DNA of 64,000 bases from Deinococcus sp. (GTDB lineage: Bacteria > Deinococcota > Deinococci > Deinococcales > Deinococcaceae): contig OZ253375.1 of NCBI GenBank assembly GCA_965261005.1, positions 1,952,001-2,016,000 on the forward strand. The letters are read 5' to 3'. The translations under genes and the position numbers were made by a program. Positions within the stretch are counted from its first letter, which is position 1. The number at the start of each line of letters is the position of its first letter. Below are positions 18,353 to 46,254 of this stretch, in pieces. The notes under the pieces are model-generated. The model did no database searches and was not told where the DNA came from. It was given only the letters and a program-made list of their open reading frames with translations.

Positions 18353-19976
18353 AATGGAGCTAAGGTAAACTCGCAAAATGCTTCTTTAGTATTACCTGCT
18401 TGCTTTAATTTGAGTTCGTTTTTTACATGTACAAATAGTGAACCGGATATTGACTTTACATCGTCATCAGTCTTACCTTCTAACGTAATTTTCTGTAGCA
18501 ACTCACTTTTCTTTTGTAAAAACCCATTTACACATTCTATTCTTCCGGAAGTCACGCACAGTTTCTCTATTACTTCATCGTCCCATAGATAATTCTCAAT
18601 GTCACGACGTCCAAGTACTCTACTATCTTGTTTCTTCAAATGCTCGACTTCTATTGGGCTTCTATCATCTAAATCGTATAGACTGAAGGTTTTTATTGAA
18701 TCAAGAATTTGATTCAATGCCATAGTTAATTTTATAGAGTCTGTCTCTACCTGGTTGTTCCCACCTAAAGAGATAAAAGCCACATCTGGATATGTTTCTC
18801 CAAAAATTATCCTATATATTTTAGCATCGAATTCCATGTTTTTCCCAGTCGGTTTAGATATAGGTGCGCCTTCACAAAACACTATTTGGGAGGGTGCTAC
18901 GAGTTCAGCAAGATCATCCAATGCTACTGCGAAGGTTTTTTTCCAAAACTGCTTATTTATCCTTTCCGGCTTCAGAATTACCTGAGAATCGAAATCTTTG
19001 TCTCCAAAATCTAAAAAAACAACCTTTTCAGGAAACTCTTTATATAATATTAACGCCTCGCGCATCATACCAATTGAGTGAGTAGCTATCCACAGTTGGC
19101 AGTTTTCGGGAACTAATTTATACAATTCTCGTAATAACGCAGCTTGAATTCGTGTACTCATATGAGTTTCCGGCTCGTCTACACAGTATACTGTGTTATT
19201 GTAGAAATCTCGTTTTATAACAAAGTCCAATATTAAATCAAATGCTGCTTTCTCGCCTGCTGACAAATTGATGTATTTATACTCAACACTCATACCTTTT
19301 TTGAATAAAAAGGTTCCATCTGAAAATGGATTTCCAAGACTTTCTAAAGTCAAATCCTCAAAAACGTTTCGCATTGACTCTCTTATAATAGATAGCTGCC
19401 TTTCTCTAATCTCAAATTTAGTCATTGAATCGTTATTCGTGTTGTACAACTCTCTTACGGCCTCGCCTACCATTCTCTTATAGTTTCCAGATACCTTACT
19501 CTCATTATTTATTATCAAACTCGGATTTTTTCTTTCGTCAAAAGCACTTTCTACAGGACCAATATTACTAAGAGAGAACTGAGCTTCATTTCTATAAGCT
19601 GTACGTACATAGAATAATTTTAAAGCTTCTTCACTATCGTCATACACATTTGGAGATTCATCGTGAAATTTGAATGTAATCTTGTTAAACTGCTCTTGAT
19701 ATGAACGTGGTAGATTGAAACTACCTACCTTAGCGTGATAATCAGCGAGAAAGCTTCCCGTTCTCATTGCTCTTTGCCAAAAGTTAAATCCTTCAAACAG
19801 TGAAGATTTACCGCTTCCGTTGGGGCCTACTAAGACAACTAACTTTGTTTCTACTGGTATATCTGTAATGGTCAAATCCGTAAATCTTTTGAAATCTAAC
19901 ATCCTAATTTCTTGTACTCTTGCCATTTTTACTTCCTTCTGGGGTGAGTTTAGTCATGCTCCTCAAATTCCAATTC

Positions 19977-27857
<7,881 letters not shown>

Positions 27858-27943
27858 GAGGGCTTCTCCTGTGGGGAAGAAAAGATCGGGGCCACACGCG
27901 TGGACGCGCGGCGCAGGGTTCACCGGATTGTTCTGGCCGCACT

Positions 27944-27990
27944 GTACTACATCTGGGGGGCGACGCCAAGCCAGGTACAAGATATGGACT
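27944..27990. promoter_or_regulatory. tandem NrdR boxes
   Basis: GTACTACATCTGGGGG and GTACAAGATATGGACT, starts 31 bp apart, upstream of nrdJ. Confidence 0.7.
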
Positions 27991-28084
27991 TAAGGCCGTG
28001 CGGGAATGCGCCATTAGAACACGCGACCCGTGGAGGCGCAAGGTGAAACTTGGCGCTAGGCTGAAGCGTTCAAAGGGGGCGGGT

Positions 28085-30427
28085 ATGCGCGTGGCGTGGC
28101 GAATTGTGGGCGGGATTTTGGGACTGATCGTGTTGGCGCTGCTTGGGCTGTTCGTCTGGCTGTGGTTCTCGACCCGGCCACAATTGACTGGAACGGCCGA
28201 GCTGCGCGGCCTGACCGGAACCGTGAGCGTCACGCGCGACCGCTGGGGCGTGCCGCATATCGTCGCGCGGGCCAGCGACGCGGACGCCCTGTTCGCGCTG
28301 GGCTACGTCCACGCCCAGGACCGGCTGTGGCAGATGGAGTTTCAGCGCCGCGTCGCGCGCGGGCAGCTGAGCGAGGTGCTGGGATCGGCGGCGCTGGAGC
28401 AGGACAAATTCCTGCGGACCTGGGGCTTTTACCGGGCGGCCGAGCGAGCTTTGCCGGCCCTGAGCGCGCGGACGCGGGGATTGCTCTCGGCTTACACGGC
28501 GGGCGTGAACGCGGGCGTAGAAGCCGGCAAGCTGCCGCTGGAGTTCCGCGTTTTGGGTTTCAAGCCGGGCCGCTGGACCGACGTGGACTCAGTCGCGTGG
28601 CAAAAGCTGATGGCCTTCGACCTCGGCGGCAACTGGGACCAGGAACTGAACGCGCGCCGCATCGTGGACAAGTTGGGCGCGGGCGAGCTGGACACGCTGT
28701 ACCCCCCTTACCCGGCGGGGGCGCCCACCATCCTGAGCGCGCGTGACTTGAGAAAGCAGGATTTCAGCGCGCCGGACTCAGGGGCCGTCCTCTCCCCCGC
28801 CACCCGCGCGGTTCTCTCGCGTCAGGCCGCCGTGGTCGCCAGCCTGGGCTTCGCGCCCGCCCCCGACAAGGGAAGCAACGACTGGGTGGTGTCGGGCCGC
28901 TTCACGGGGAGCGGCAAGCCGCTGCTGGCCGACGACCCGCACCTGGGCTTGCAGGCGCCCATGCTGTGGTATCTGGCCGAGCTGCGCGGGCCGACGCTGC
29001 ACGTCATCGGCGCGACCATTCCGGGGTTGCCAGGGGTGGTGATCGGGCGCAACGACCGGGTCGCTTGGGGCGTGACCAACACCGGGCCGGACGTGCAGGA
29101 CTTGTACCTGGAGCCGCCGGGGAGCGTTTTCAAGACCCGCACCGAGGTCATCAAGGTGAAGGGGCAACCGGACACGCGGCTGACGGTACGGGGGAGCCGC
29201 CACGGCCCGATTATTACGGGGACCGGCGGCGTGAACGTGCAGAACGTGGCGCTGCGCTGGACGGCCCTCGATCCCGGCGACACGACGCTGGACGCCTTTT
29301 TGGGGCTGAATTACGCGCGGAACTGGGGGGACTTCACGACCGCCCTACAAAAGTATGTGACGCCCATGCAGAACTTCGTGTACGCCGACGTGGACGGCAA
29401 CATCGGCTACTACGCGCCCGGCCGGGTGCCCATCCGGCGCGGCTGGAGCGGCGAGCTGCCCGTCTCCGGCGACGGAGAACATGAGTGGGCCGGCTTCATC
29501 CCCTTCGATCAGCTGCCGCACGTCTACAACCCGCCGGAGGGCCTGATCGTGACCGCCAACAACAGGGCGGTGCCGGACAGCTACCCCTATCAGCTGACCA
29601 ACCCGGCCGGCTGGGCGCCCCCCTACCGCGCCGAGCGCATTCTGGAACTATTAAAGGGCAAGACCGGCCTGACCGCGCGGGATATGGCCGCCGTGCAGGG
29701 GGACACCCTCAGCCTGCTGTGGCGGGACTTGAAACCGGCCCTGCTGGCGACCGAGCCGCAGGACGGGCGCGACGGAAAGGCGCTGGACATCTTGCGCGCT
29801 TGGGACGGGCGGCAGGACCTGGACTCGGTCAGCAGCTCCATCTTCGCCGCCTGGTACTCGCGCTTGGCGGGGATGGCGAGCGACGAGCTAGGACAAAGCG
29901 GCCCTTGGAACGAGCCTCTGTTTATCGCGGGGCAGCTTAAAAAGGACGGCAAATACTGCAAGAACGCTCAGGCGAAGATTCCCGGCTGCGCCGCCCTGCT
30001 GAGCGAGACGCTGCACGCGGCGGTCGGGGAGCTGAGCGGCCGATTGGGACAGGACGTGAGCGCCTGGCGCTGGGACAAGCTGCACCGCGCCGCCAGCAAG
30101 CACGGCGCGTTTGGCGGCGTGAGGGCGCTGGCCTGGATTTGGAACCGCTCGGTCGCCTCACCGGGCGGGCTGTACACCGTGAACGTCGGCAGCTACGACC
30201 TGAACAGCTTCGTGCAGGACCACGGCCCCAGCTACCGGCAGGTCGTGGACCTCGCGGAGCCGGACGCCGGCCGCTTCATGGGCACGCTGGGCCAGTCGGG
30301 GAATCCCCTCAGCGCCCACTACGCCGACCAGCAGGCGCTGTGGCAGCGCGGCGGGTCGCTGCCCATGAGCACCAAAGCGCGGGACTGGGGCCGCGTCAGC
30401 GTGTTGGAGCTGACGCCGGCGCGCTGA
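28085..30427 (+). CDS. penicillin acylase family Ntn-hydrolase
   Basis: RDRWGVPHI, AQDRLWQM, GSNDW (catalytic Ser), DPHL, GQSGNP. Confidence 0.9.
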   Translation: MRVAWRIVGGILGLIVLALLGLFVWLWFSTRPQLTGTAELRGLTGTVSVTRDRWGVPHIVARASDADALFALGYVHAQDRLWQMEFQRRVARGQLSEVLGSAALEQDKFLRTWGFYRAAERALPALSARTRGLLSAYTAGVNAGVEAGKLPLEFRVLGFKPGRWTDVDSVAWQKLMAFDLGGNWDQELNARRIVDKLGAGELDTLYPPYPAGAPTILSARDLRKQDFSAPDSGAVLSPATRAVLSRQAAVVASLGFAPAPDKGSNDWVVSGRFTGSGKPLLADDPHLGLQAPMLWYLAELRGPTLHVIGATIPGLPGVVIGRNDRVAWGVTNTGPDVQDLYLEPPGSVFKTRTEVIKVKGQPDTRLTVRGSRHGPIITGTGGVNVQNVALRWTALDPGDTTLDAFLGLNYARNWGDFTTALQKYVTPMQNFVYADVDGNIGYYAPGRVPIRRGWSGELPVSGDGEHEWAGFIPFDQLPHVYNPPEGLIVTANNRAVPDSYPYQLTNPAGWAPPYRAERILELLKGKTGLTARDMAAVQGDTLSLLWRDLKPALLATEPQDGRDGKALDILRAWDGRQDLDSVSSSIFAAWYSRLAGMASDELGQSGPWNEPLFIAGQLKKDGKYCKNAQAKIPGCAALLSETLHAAVGELSGRLGQDVSAWRWDKLHRAASKHGAFGGVRALAWIWNRSVASPGGLYTVNVGSYDLNSFVQDHGPSYRQVVDLAEPDAGRFMGTLGQSGNPLSAHYADQQALWQRGGSLPMSTKARDWGRVSVLELTPAR

Positions 30428-31070
30428 GCCATTCGAGCGCCTCCAGGACCGGGGCGAGCTTTTCCGGGGCGTCCAAGCGGCCCAGCCGCGCCTCGTGGGC
30501 GCGCAGCTGGGCCAGCAGCAAGGGGTCTTGGCGGGCGAGCAAATGTGGTCCCCAGGCCAGGGCCAGGTCGGGCGGCAAGCCGGTATAGGCCGGGTCCGGC
30601 CCCGCAGCCCTGGTCAGCTGCACCACGCCGTAGGTCCAGAAGCCGGGGGCCAGCGCCTCTTCCGTCAGGTGGTAGCCGCTTTTCGCCGCCCAGGCACGCA
30701 GCGGAACCGCCGTATCGTTGGGTTGCAGGACCAGCTGAGGCGGCAAGCCCTCCCCCGCCCGGTTCAGAATGCCCAGGATGGTCCGGGCGCCCAAACCGGT
30801 CAGGCTGGCACTCTCGACCTCACCCCGTTGGATAGGGGCGAATCCATCCCCGAGGCGGACTTCAACTTGGCGGGACAAACCGGCGCGCTCGACGCTGGCG
30901 CGCGCCACCTCGCGGGGGCCGGGGGTCTTTTCTATAATCAACACCCGCTTCACCCGGCCTTCTGCGAGCAGGGCGACGGGCAGCCGGGCGTGGTCGCTTC
31001 CGATGTCGGCGTGGGTGTCGGCCTGGACAAACTCCAGCGCGGCTCGCAAACGGGCGTCCAGCTTCGGCAC
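30396..31070 (-). CDS. trmK: tRNA (adenine22-N1)-methyltransferase
   Basis: LDARL, ADIGSDHA.LP, RLGDG, LVLQPN. Confidence 0.8.
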   Translation of the reverse strand: MPKLDARLRAALEFVQADTHADIGSDHARLPVALLAEGRVKRVLIIEKTPGPREVARASVERAGLSRQVEVRLGDGFAPIQRGEVESASLTGLGARTILGILNRAGEGLPPQLVLQPNDTAVPLRAWAAKSGYHLTEEALAPGFWTYGVVQLTRAAGPDPAYTGLPPDLALAWGPHLLARQDPLLLAQLRAHEARLGRLDAPEKLAPVLEALEWLSAPASAPTR

Positions 31071-31102
31071 GCTTCAGGCTAGCGCGGTTCCTTTTGAGCG
31101 GC

Positions 31103-31218
31103 TAGAATGGCCTTCATGCCGTTCGCCCCCGCCTATTCGAGCCGCCGCCAGGTGGACGGCTAGGCTTTGGCCCATCGTTCGGACTTCGGCGGCGCGCTCA
31201 AGGGAGCGCGCTTTTTTT
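31103..31218 (+). promoter_or_regulatory. tyrS leader: -10, leaderless uORF, intrinsic terminator
   Basis: TAGAAT 31103; uORF 31116-31163; GCGCGCTC-AAGG-GAGCGCGC-T7 at 31192-31218. Confidence 0.6.
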
Positions 31219-31239
31219 GTACTTGTCTTGTGGACCTAA

Positions 31240-32463
<1,224 letters not shown>

Positions 32464-32503
32464 GCTGGATTTTTGGGTCTTGGAACACTGGACGGCGCCA
32501 ACG

Positions 32504-32547
32504 TTATGCACAGGCAATGCAAGTTATCCACAGCGTCCTGTGGATAA
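32504..32547. promoter_or_regulatory. DnaA-box cluster outside oriC
   Basis: TTATGCACA 32504, TTATCCACA 32524, TGTGGATAA 32539. Confidence 0.7.
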
Positions 32548-32593
32548 AATTCCCGTTTGTAAGCCTGACGAAGGCCTGACGGCTGCATAAATG

Positions 32594-32626
32594 AGGGCGG
32601 GCCTTTTGGGAAAGGCCCGCCCTTTT
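32594..32626. terminator. terminator between convergent tyrS and pyk
   Basis: agggcgggccttt-tggg-aaaggcccgccct-ttt. Confidence 0.75.
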
Positions 32627-32633
32627 AAAAGGT

Positions 32634-36536
<3,903 letters not shown>

Positions 36537-36559
36537 AAGCGCTTTATCTTTACTCCTCT

Positions 36560-36800
36560 CTTTACCTTATAAAAATAGTAGTAGTAGTAATAGGGGCTGT
36601 GGAAACTGTGGATAACCCCTCTCGGCCCCGTCCTGGACGGGCCATAGCCTGTGGATAACTTTGTGGATAACTTCGATTTGCTTGTGGACAACCTGTGGAT
36701 AACTTGCCGGTTATCCACAGGCTCTCAAAAAGGCGAGTTATCCACAGCCTTATCCACAGCTTATCCACAGGGTTATCCACAGACTTATCCACAGCTTGTG
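36560..36800. other. oriC
   Basis: 10 perfect + 2 imperfect DnaA boxes (six per orientation); AT-rich region with TAG trios at 36576-36593; between dnaA and dnaN. Confidence 0.95.
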
Positions 36801-36817
36801 AAATTTGTTTCAAGCTC

Positions 36818-38179
<1,362 letters not shown>

Positions 38180-38267
38180 GGCCGCACCTCCTTCGCGCTG
38201 CTGGGCGCATCATAGCAAGCGGCGGGATGGCGAGCGCAGCTTCCCCCGTGCGCTAGACTACCTCGTT

Positions 38268-40076
38268 ATGGGAAGCGTTTGGAACGTGTTGGTGGTCGGC
38301 GGCGGACACGCCGGCATTGAGGCGGCTTGGGCGGCGGCCAAGTTCGGCCCGGTCGCCGTGTTGGTGCCGAACGTGGCGGCCATCGGCCGCATGCCGTGCA
38401 ACCCGGCCGTGGGCGGCCCCGGCAAAAGCCAACTGGTCGCCGAGGTGCAGGCCCTCGGCGGTTTGATGGGTCGCCTGGCCGACGACACCGCCATTCACAC
38501 CCGCGTGCTCAACGCCTCCAAGGGACCGGCGGTGCAGTCGCTGCGGGTGCAGAACGACCGTGACGCCTACGCGGCCCACGCTCAGGACGTGCTGCTGGGC
38601 CACGAAAACGTTCACCTGCTGCGCGGCGAGGCGGCCGGCTTGCGGGTCAGGGCCGGACAGTGGGAGGTGGTCACCACCGACGGGCGCGCGTTTTCGGCGA
38701 GAAGCGTGGTGTTGGCCACCGGCACGTTCTTAAGGGGTGTCACCTGGTACGGCCGCACCTCGCGGCCGGAGGGCCGGCAGGGGGAGCCGCCCTCGCGCTT
38801 TTTGTCGGACGTGTTGGCGGGGGCGGGGCATACCCTCAAGCGCTACAAGACGGGTACGCCGCCGCGCCTGCGTGCCGACTCGGTGGACTTCGCCGCCCTG
38901 CTGGAAATCCCGGCCGATCCCCTTCCCCGCTCATTTTCCGGCACGCCGGGGCCGTTTGCCACGGCCATGCCGACTTGGCAGACGCACACCACCCCGCGAA
39001 CACACGAACTGGTGCGCGAGAACTTGCACCAATCCCCGATGTTCGCGGGCGACATCGCCGGCTTGGGACCGCGCTATTGCCCCTCTATCGAGGACAAGAT
39101 CGTGCGCTTCGCCCACCACGACCGTCACCTGCTGTTCGTGGAGCCGGAGGGGCTGCACACCAGCGAGGTGTATGTGCAGGGGTTTTCCAGCAGCTTGCCG
39201 CCGGAGGTGCAGGACCGCTTGGTGCGTAGCTTGCCCGGCTTCGGGCGCGGCGTGATTCAGCGCTACGCCTACGCGGTGGAATACGACGTGGTGGACTCCA
39301 CCCAGCTGACCCTCAACTTGGAGTCGCGGCTGCTGCCGGGCGTGTACACCGCCGGTCAAGTGAATGGTACCAGCGGCTACGAGGAGGCGGCGGCGCAAGG
39401 CTTGATCGCCGGCGCGGCGGCGGCGCGACGCGCCCAAGGTCTGCCGGAAATTTTTGTTTCACGTGAAACCAGTTACTTGGGCGTCATGCTCGACGACCTG
39501 ATCTTCAAGGGCAGCGACGAGCCGTACCGCATGATGACCAGCCGGGTCGAGGGACGCCTGCTGCTGCGCCAAGACAACGCGGACGAGCGCCTGACGCCTT
39601 TAGGAATGGAGCTGGGCTTGGTAAATGAGCAGAGGGCGCGCGAGGTTGGCGCCAAGTATGCGCGCGTGGCTGAACTTCAGCGCAGCTTGGAAGGACAGCA
39701 AGCGAACGGCGTCTCGGGCGACGCCTTGCTACGCCGACCCGAGCTGAGCTTGGCCGATGTGGAGGCGCTGGGCATTCGTGTGCCGCCGCTGGCGCGGGAA
39801 GTGCGAGAGGCGGCGGAGATTCGGGTGAAGTACGCGGGCTACATCGAGCGTGCCCGTCAGCAGTTGCGGCGTGAAGCGGCGGCGGGCCAAGCGGACTTGT
39901 CCGGGCTGGACTTTTCCGCCGTGCCCGCCCTGTCGTCCGAGGCGCGTGAAAAGCTGCGCCGCGCCGCGCCGCGCACGCTGGGGCAAGCTTCCCGCTTGCC
40001 GGGGGTGCGCCACTCGGACGTGAGCGCCCTGCTGGTTCACCTGCGCTCAACTCAATATGTTTCACGGGAAACATGA
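38268..40076 (+). CDS. mnmG: tRNA uridine-34 modification enzyme
   Basis: [39 protein letters not shown]. Confidence 0.95.
   Translation: MGSVWNVLVVGGGHAGIEAAWAAAKFGPVAVLVPNVAAIGRMPCNPAVGGPGKSQLVAEVQALGGLMGRLADDTAIHTRVLNASKGPAVQSLRVQNDRDAYAAHAQDVLLGHENVHLLRGEAAGLRVRAGQWEVVTTDGRAFSARSVVLATGTFLRGVTWYGRTSRPEGRQGEPPSRFLSDVLAGAGHTLKRYKTGTPPRLRADSVDFAALLEIPADPLPRSFSGTPGPFATAMPTWQTHTTPRTHELVRENLHQSPMFAGDIAGLGPRYCPSIEDKIVRFAHHDRHLLFVEPEGLHTSEVYVQGFSSSLPPEVQDRLVRSLPGFGRGVIQRYAYAVEYDVVDSTQLTLNLESRLLPGVYTAGQVNGTSGYEEAAAQGLIAGAAAARRAQGLPEIFVSRETSYLGVMLDDLIFKGSDEPYRMMTSRVEGRLLLRQDNADERLTPLGMELGLVNEQRAREVGAKYARVAELQRSLEGQQANGVSGDALLRRPELSLADVEALGIRVPPLAREVREAAEIRVKYAGYIERARQQLRREAAAGQADLSGLDFSAVPALSSEAREKLRRAAPRTLGQASRLPGVRHSDVSALLVHLRSTQYVSRET
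39455..39470. promoter_or_regulatory. parS site within mnmG
   Basis: TGTTTCACGTGAAACC. Confidence 0.85.
40058..40073. promoter_or_regulatory. parS site at mnmG/rsmG junction
   Basis: TGTTTCACGGGAAACA. Confidence 0.85.
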
Positions 40077-40822
40077 CGCCAGAGGAGGCGCCAACGGACA
40101 CGATGGCGCAGGGTGGGGAGCTTTTGCTCACCTGCGGACGCGAACTCGGTCTCGACCTTCGGCCGTTTTTGCCGCAGTTTGGGACGTTGTATACCCTGCT
40201 GGAGCGGGCGAACGCCCGGACCAACCTCACGGCGTTGCGCGGGGAGCGCGACGTCGTCATCAAGCACTTCGCCGACTCGCTGACCTGCCTGCAATCGGGC
40301 GAGTTGGAGGGCGACCTGAGGGTGATTGACGTCGGCACTGGCGCGGGCTTTCCGGGGTTGCCGCTGGCCATCGTGCGGCCACAGCTCGACGTGACCCTGC
40401 TCGACGCCACCCGGCGCAAAATCGAGTTCGTACACAGGGCTATAGGGGAACTGCGGCTTGTCAACGCCCACCCTCTGATCGGCCGGGCCGAGACGGTCGG
40501 CCATGACCCCGCGCGCCGCGAAAGCTTCGATCGGGTGGTCACGCGAGCAGTCAGCTCGTTGAGCGTGCTGGCGGAACTGTGTTTGCCCTTGCTGCGCGTC
40601 GGCGGCTGCATGATCGTCCAAAAGGGGGCCGAGGTCGCGGCCGAACTCGCGGCGGGCGAGCACGCCGTCCGGGAAGTTGGGGGAGAGATCATCGGGGCAC
40701 AACGCTTGGCGCTTCCAATCAGCGGGGACGTGCGCCATTTGGTGACCGTGCGCAAGACCGGCTCGACTTCGGACAGGTACCCACGGCGTGAGGGTGTGCC
40801 CAGCAAGCATCCGCTATGCTGA
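40073..40822 (+). CDS. rsmG: 16S rRNA m7G527 methyltransferase
   Basis: [24 protein letters not shown]. Confidence 0.95.
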   Translation: MTPEEAPTDTMAQGGELLLTCGRELGLDLRPFLPQFGTLYTLLERANARTNLTALRGERDVVIKHFADSLTCLQSGELEGDLRVIDVGTGAGFPGLPLAIVRPQLDVTLLDATRRKIEFVHRAIGELRLVNAHPLIGRAETVGHDPARRESFDRVVTRAVSSLSVLAELCLPLLRVGGCMIVQKGAEVAAELAAGEHAVREVGGEIIGAQRLALPISGDVRHLVTVRKTGSTSDRYPRREGVPSKHPLC

Positions 40823-40827
40823 GCGCG

Positions 40828-42382
<1,555 letters not shown>

Positions 42383-42401
42383 GGTTGAATGTGAATCAAA
42401 A

Positions 42402-42432
42402 TAGGCGGAAACAGATCTTCTGTTTCCGCCTA
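42402..42432. terminator. terminator between parB and rnj
   Basis: taggcggaaacaga-tct-tctgtttccgccta. Confidence 0.7.
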
Positions 42433-42444
42433 AACCCATCCCGC

Positions 42445-44100
<1,656 letters not shown>

Positions 44101-44336
44101 AACAACTCCTTGGGGCGCCGTTGGGCGCGAATGGGCGCAAAGGTCATAAGGGCGGGGACCGCGCAATGGTGCGGCGGGGGGTGATTTGTGAATTGAGTGC
44201 GTCAAAAACGCAGTCCCCCCAGGGTAACACGCGCCACGCCGCAGTAAGCGAGAAAAAATGCCAATTTGGTCGGGATGATGTCGGAATAACTTGGTCTGCG
44301 GGATGTTGCCGGGGAAAACGGTCACAATAAGGGCCG

Positions 44337-46247
44337 ATGAAGCCGCGTTCCGTGTTGATGCTCTGCCTGTGTGCGGCCTTGGCCCTGAGCGGCTGCCGCG
44401 ACCGTACGACCGGACAAGCTGGGGGGGCGTCGGGCGTGGCGACTGTTCCCGCCCAAAGTCAAGCCCCGCCGAAACCACCCCGGCCAAGTGTGGCCGAGAA
44501 CGGGGGAGGGAAGAGCGCCATACCTTCGGAAAGCTCCCCCCCGCCGGTGCCCGCCGCCCCCCTGCGCCCGCCCGTCGCCGAAAAGGTCGCGCCGTCCCCA
44601 ACAGCCGAACCGATTCGGCCAACCACGCCGGTTCAAGAGCCGGCGCCCGTTGTGCCCGCCCCGCCCCCGCCAACTGAGCCAACACCAGTCGAGCTAACAC
44701 CGGTCGAACCAGTACCAGTCGAACCAACACCCGTCGAGCCAGCGCCCATCCCGCCCCAGCCTGCCGCGCCCCCCGCCGCTCCGGCCCCGGCGCCCGCCCC
44801 AGCGGAACCTGCGCCGCGCGTTCCCACCGCGCCCGCTCGGGCGAACGGCGAGCACCTGCGCGGCCTCTGGGTGGACGCCTTCGGTCCCGGCTTCAAGACG
44901 CCGGGGGAGGTGAGCGCCTTGGTCGCGGACGCGACCCGAATGCACTTCAACGTCATCTTTGCGGAGGTGGGCAAGCGCGGCGACTGCTATTGCGACCATG
45001 CCAGCATGCCGCGCACCGACGACCCGGCGGTGCCGCCCGGCTTTGACCCCTTGGCGGACTTGCTGGAAAAGGCGCACGCGGCCGGCCTGCAAGTCCACGC
45101 CTGGATCATCACGACCGCCGTCGTGAACGTGCCTGACAACCCCTCACCGTCCCAGCCGGACCATGTCTTCAACGTTCACGGCCCCGGCGCCCCCGACGAC
45201 TGGATGACGCGCGACGTGAACGGCAACGCGCGGGCCGGCAACGATTACCTGCTCGACCCCGGCCACCCGGAGGCCGCCGCCTACATCGCCGAGATGTACG
45301 CCAGCGTGGTCCGCAACTACGACGTGGACGGCGTGCAGCTCGACCGGGTGCGCTACCCCGACGCATCCGGCGGCCTGCCCAACTGGGGCTACAACGGGGC
45401 CGCGCTGGCGCGTTTCCGGGCGGACAGCGGTGAGGTGGGCACGCCCACGCCGGGGGACCCGGTCTGGACCGCTTGGCGGCGCCAGCAGGTGAACAATCTG
45501 GTGCGGCGGGTGTACCTGGCGGTCAAGGCCGTGCGGCCGGATGTGTGGGTGGACGTGGCGACCATCACCTACGGTGCAGGGCCGCGCACGCTGGCCGGCT
45601 TCGAGGCCACCCGGACCTACAACGAGGTGCTGCAAGACTGGCCGAGCTGGCTGCGCGCCGGCTACGCCGACCTCAACGTGCTGATGAACTACAAGCGCGA
45701 CGACAACCCCGACCAAGCGCGCTGGTACGGCCAGTGGAACGCCTTCGCCATGAAGGAGCGCGCCCTCGCGCGGGTGGTGGCCGGCAGCGCCATGTACCTG
45801 AACCGCCCGGCGGGCAGCCTGCGGCAAGCGGGGGCGGCCCTCACGAATTTGGACGGCTGGGTGGGCTACTCCTACCGCACGCCCACCCCGGCGGTGGACG
45901 CGGGCGGCGAGACGGCGGCGGGAGCCTGGGCCGCCCTCGCGCCCAAGCTGAGCGGCGCGGGCGGACCGATGGCGGGAACGGCCGGGTGGGGCCGCCCACC
46001 CGTAGGGCGCTTACGGGCCGTCAGCGGCATGGTGCGCTCGGAGGCCGGTCCGGTGGGTGGCCGAACCGTGACCCTTTTGGTGAACGGCCACCCCTTCGCC
46101 CGCACCGAAAGCGATGGCGGCGGCCTCTACGGCTTCGTGGTCACGCCGCCGGGCGAGTTTCAGATCGCGGCGGACGGGGCGGAACCGCTGACGGTGGATC
46201 CCGGGGCGGGCCAAGTGACCGAGCTGCCCGACCTTCAGGTGCCCTAA
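44337..46247 (+). CDS. lipoprotein with Pro-rich linker and GHL10 (YddW/DigH-like) glycoside hydrolase domain
   Basis: LSGC lipobox; (VEPTP)n linker; LRGLWV, FDPL, QVHAW, YDVDGVQLD..RY. Confidence 0.8.
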   Translation: MKPRSVLMLCLCAALALSGCRDRTTGQAGGASGVATVPAQSQAPPKPPRPSVAENGGGKSAIPSESSPPPVPAAPLRPPVAEKVAPSPTAEPIRPTTPVQEPAPVVPAPPPPTEPTPVELTPVEPVPVEPTPVEPAPIPPQPAAPPAAPAPAPAPAEPAPRVPTAPARANGEHLRGLWVDAFGPGFKTPGEVSALVADATRMHFNVIFAEVGKRGDCYCDHASMPRTDDPAVPPGFDPLADLLEKAHAAGLQVHAWIITTAVVNVPDNPSPSQPDHVFNVHGPGAPDDWMTRDVNGNARAGNDYLLDPGHPEAAAYIAEMYASVVRNYDVDGVQLDRVRYPDASGGLPNWGYNGAALARFRADSGEVGTPTPGDPVWTAWRRQQVNNLVRRVYLAVKAVRPDVWVDVATITYGAGPRTLAGFEATRTYNEVLQDWPSWLRAGYADLNVLMNYKRDDNPDQARWYGQWNAFAMKERALARVVAGSAMYLNRPAGSLRQAGAALTNLDGWVGYSYRTPTPAVDAGGETAAGAWAALAPKLSGAGGPMAGTAGWGRPPVGRLRAVSGMVRSEAGPVGGRTVTLLVNGHPFARTESDGGGLYGFVVTPPGEFQIAADGAEPLTVDPGAGQVTELPDLQVP

Positions 46248-46254
46248 GCTTGTT

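Larger units (their letters stand above)
17401..19926 (-). pseudogene. OLD-like ABC-ATPase + TOPRIM protein (543 aa reconstructed), interrupted near 3' end by IS5
   Basis: GPNGSGKS, LSAGEK, VDEPE, ATHS, FCEG, DLD, RDIENYL; AT-rich; removing the IS restores ...APLITPGMCVFKELETAIFGD*. Confidence 0.8.

Noticed and set aside
17842..19926. 694-aa ORF as a native protein
   Set aside because: The C-terminal ~170 aa are antisense IS5 sequence; the true end lies at 17401-17458
16051..19926. complete retron or Gabija system
   Set aside because: No reverse transcriptase or UvrD-like GajB gene in the window
36598..36793. CRISPR-like repeat array
   Set aside because: The repeats are 9-mer DnaA boxes with no spacers and no cas genes
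44640..44830. tandem DNA repeat element
   Set aside because: Coding Pro-rich (VEPTP) linker of the lipoprotein
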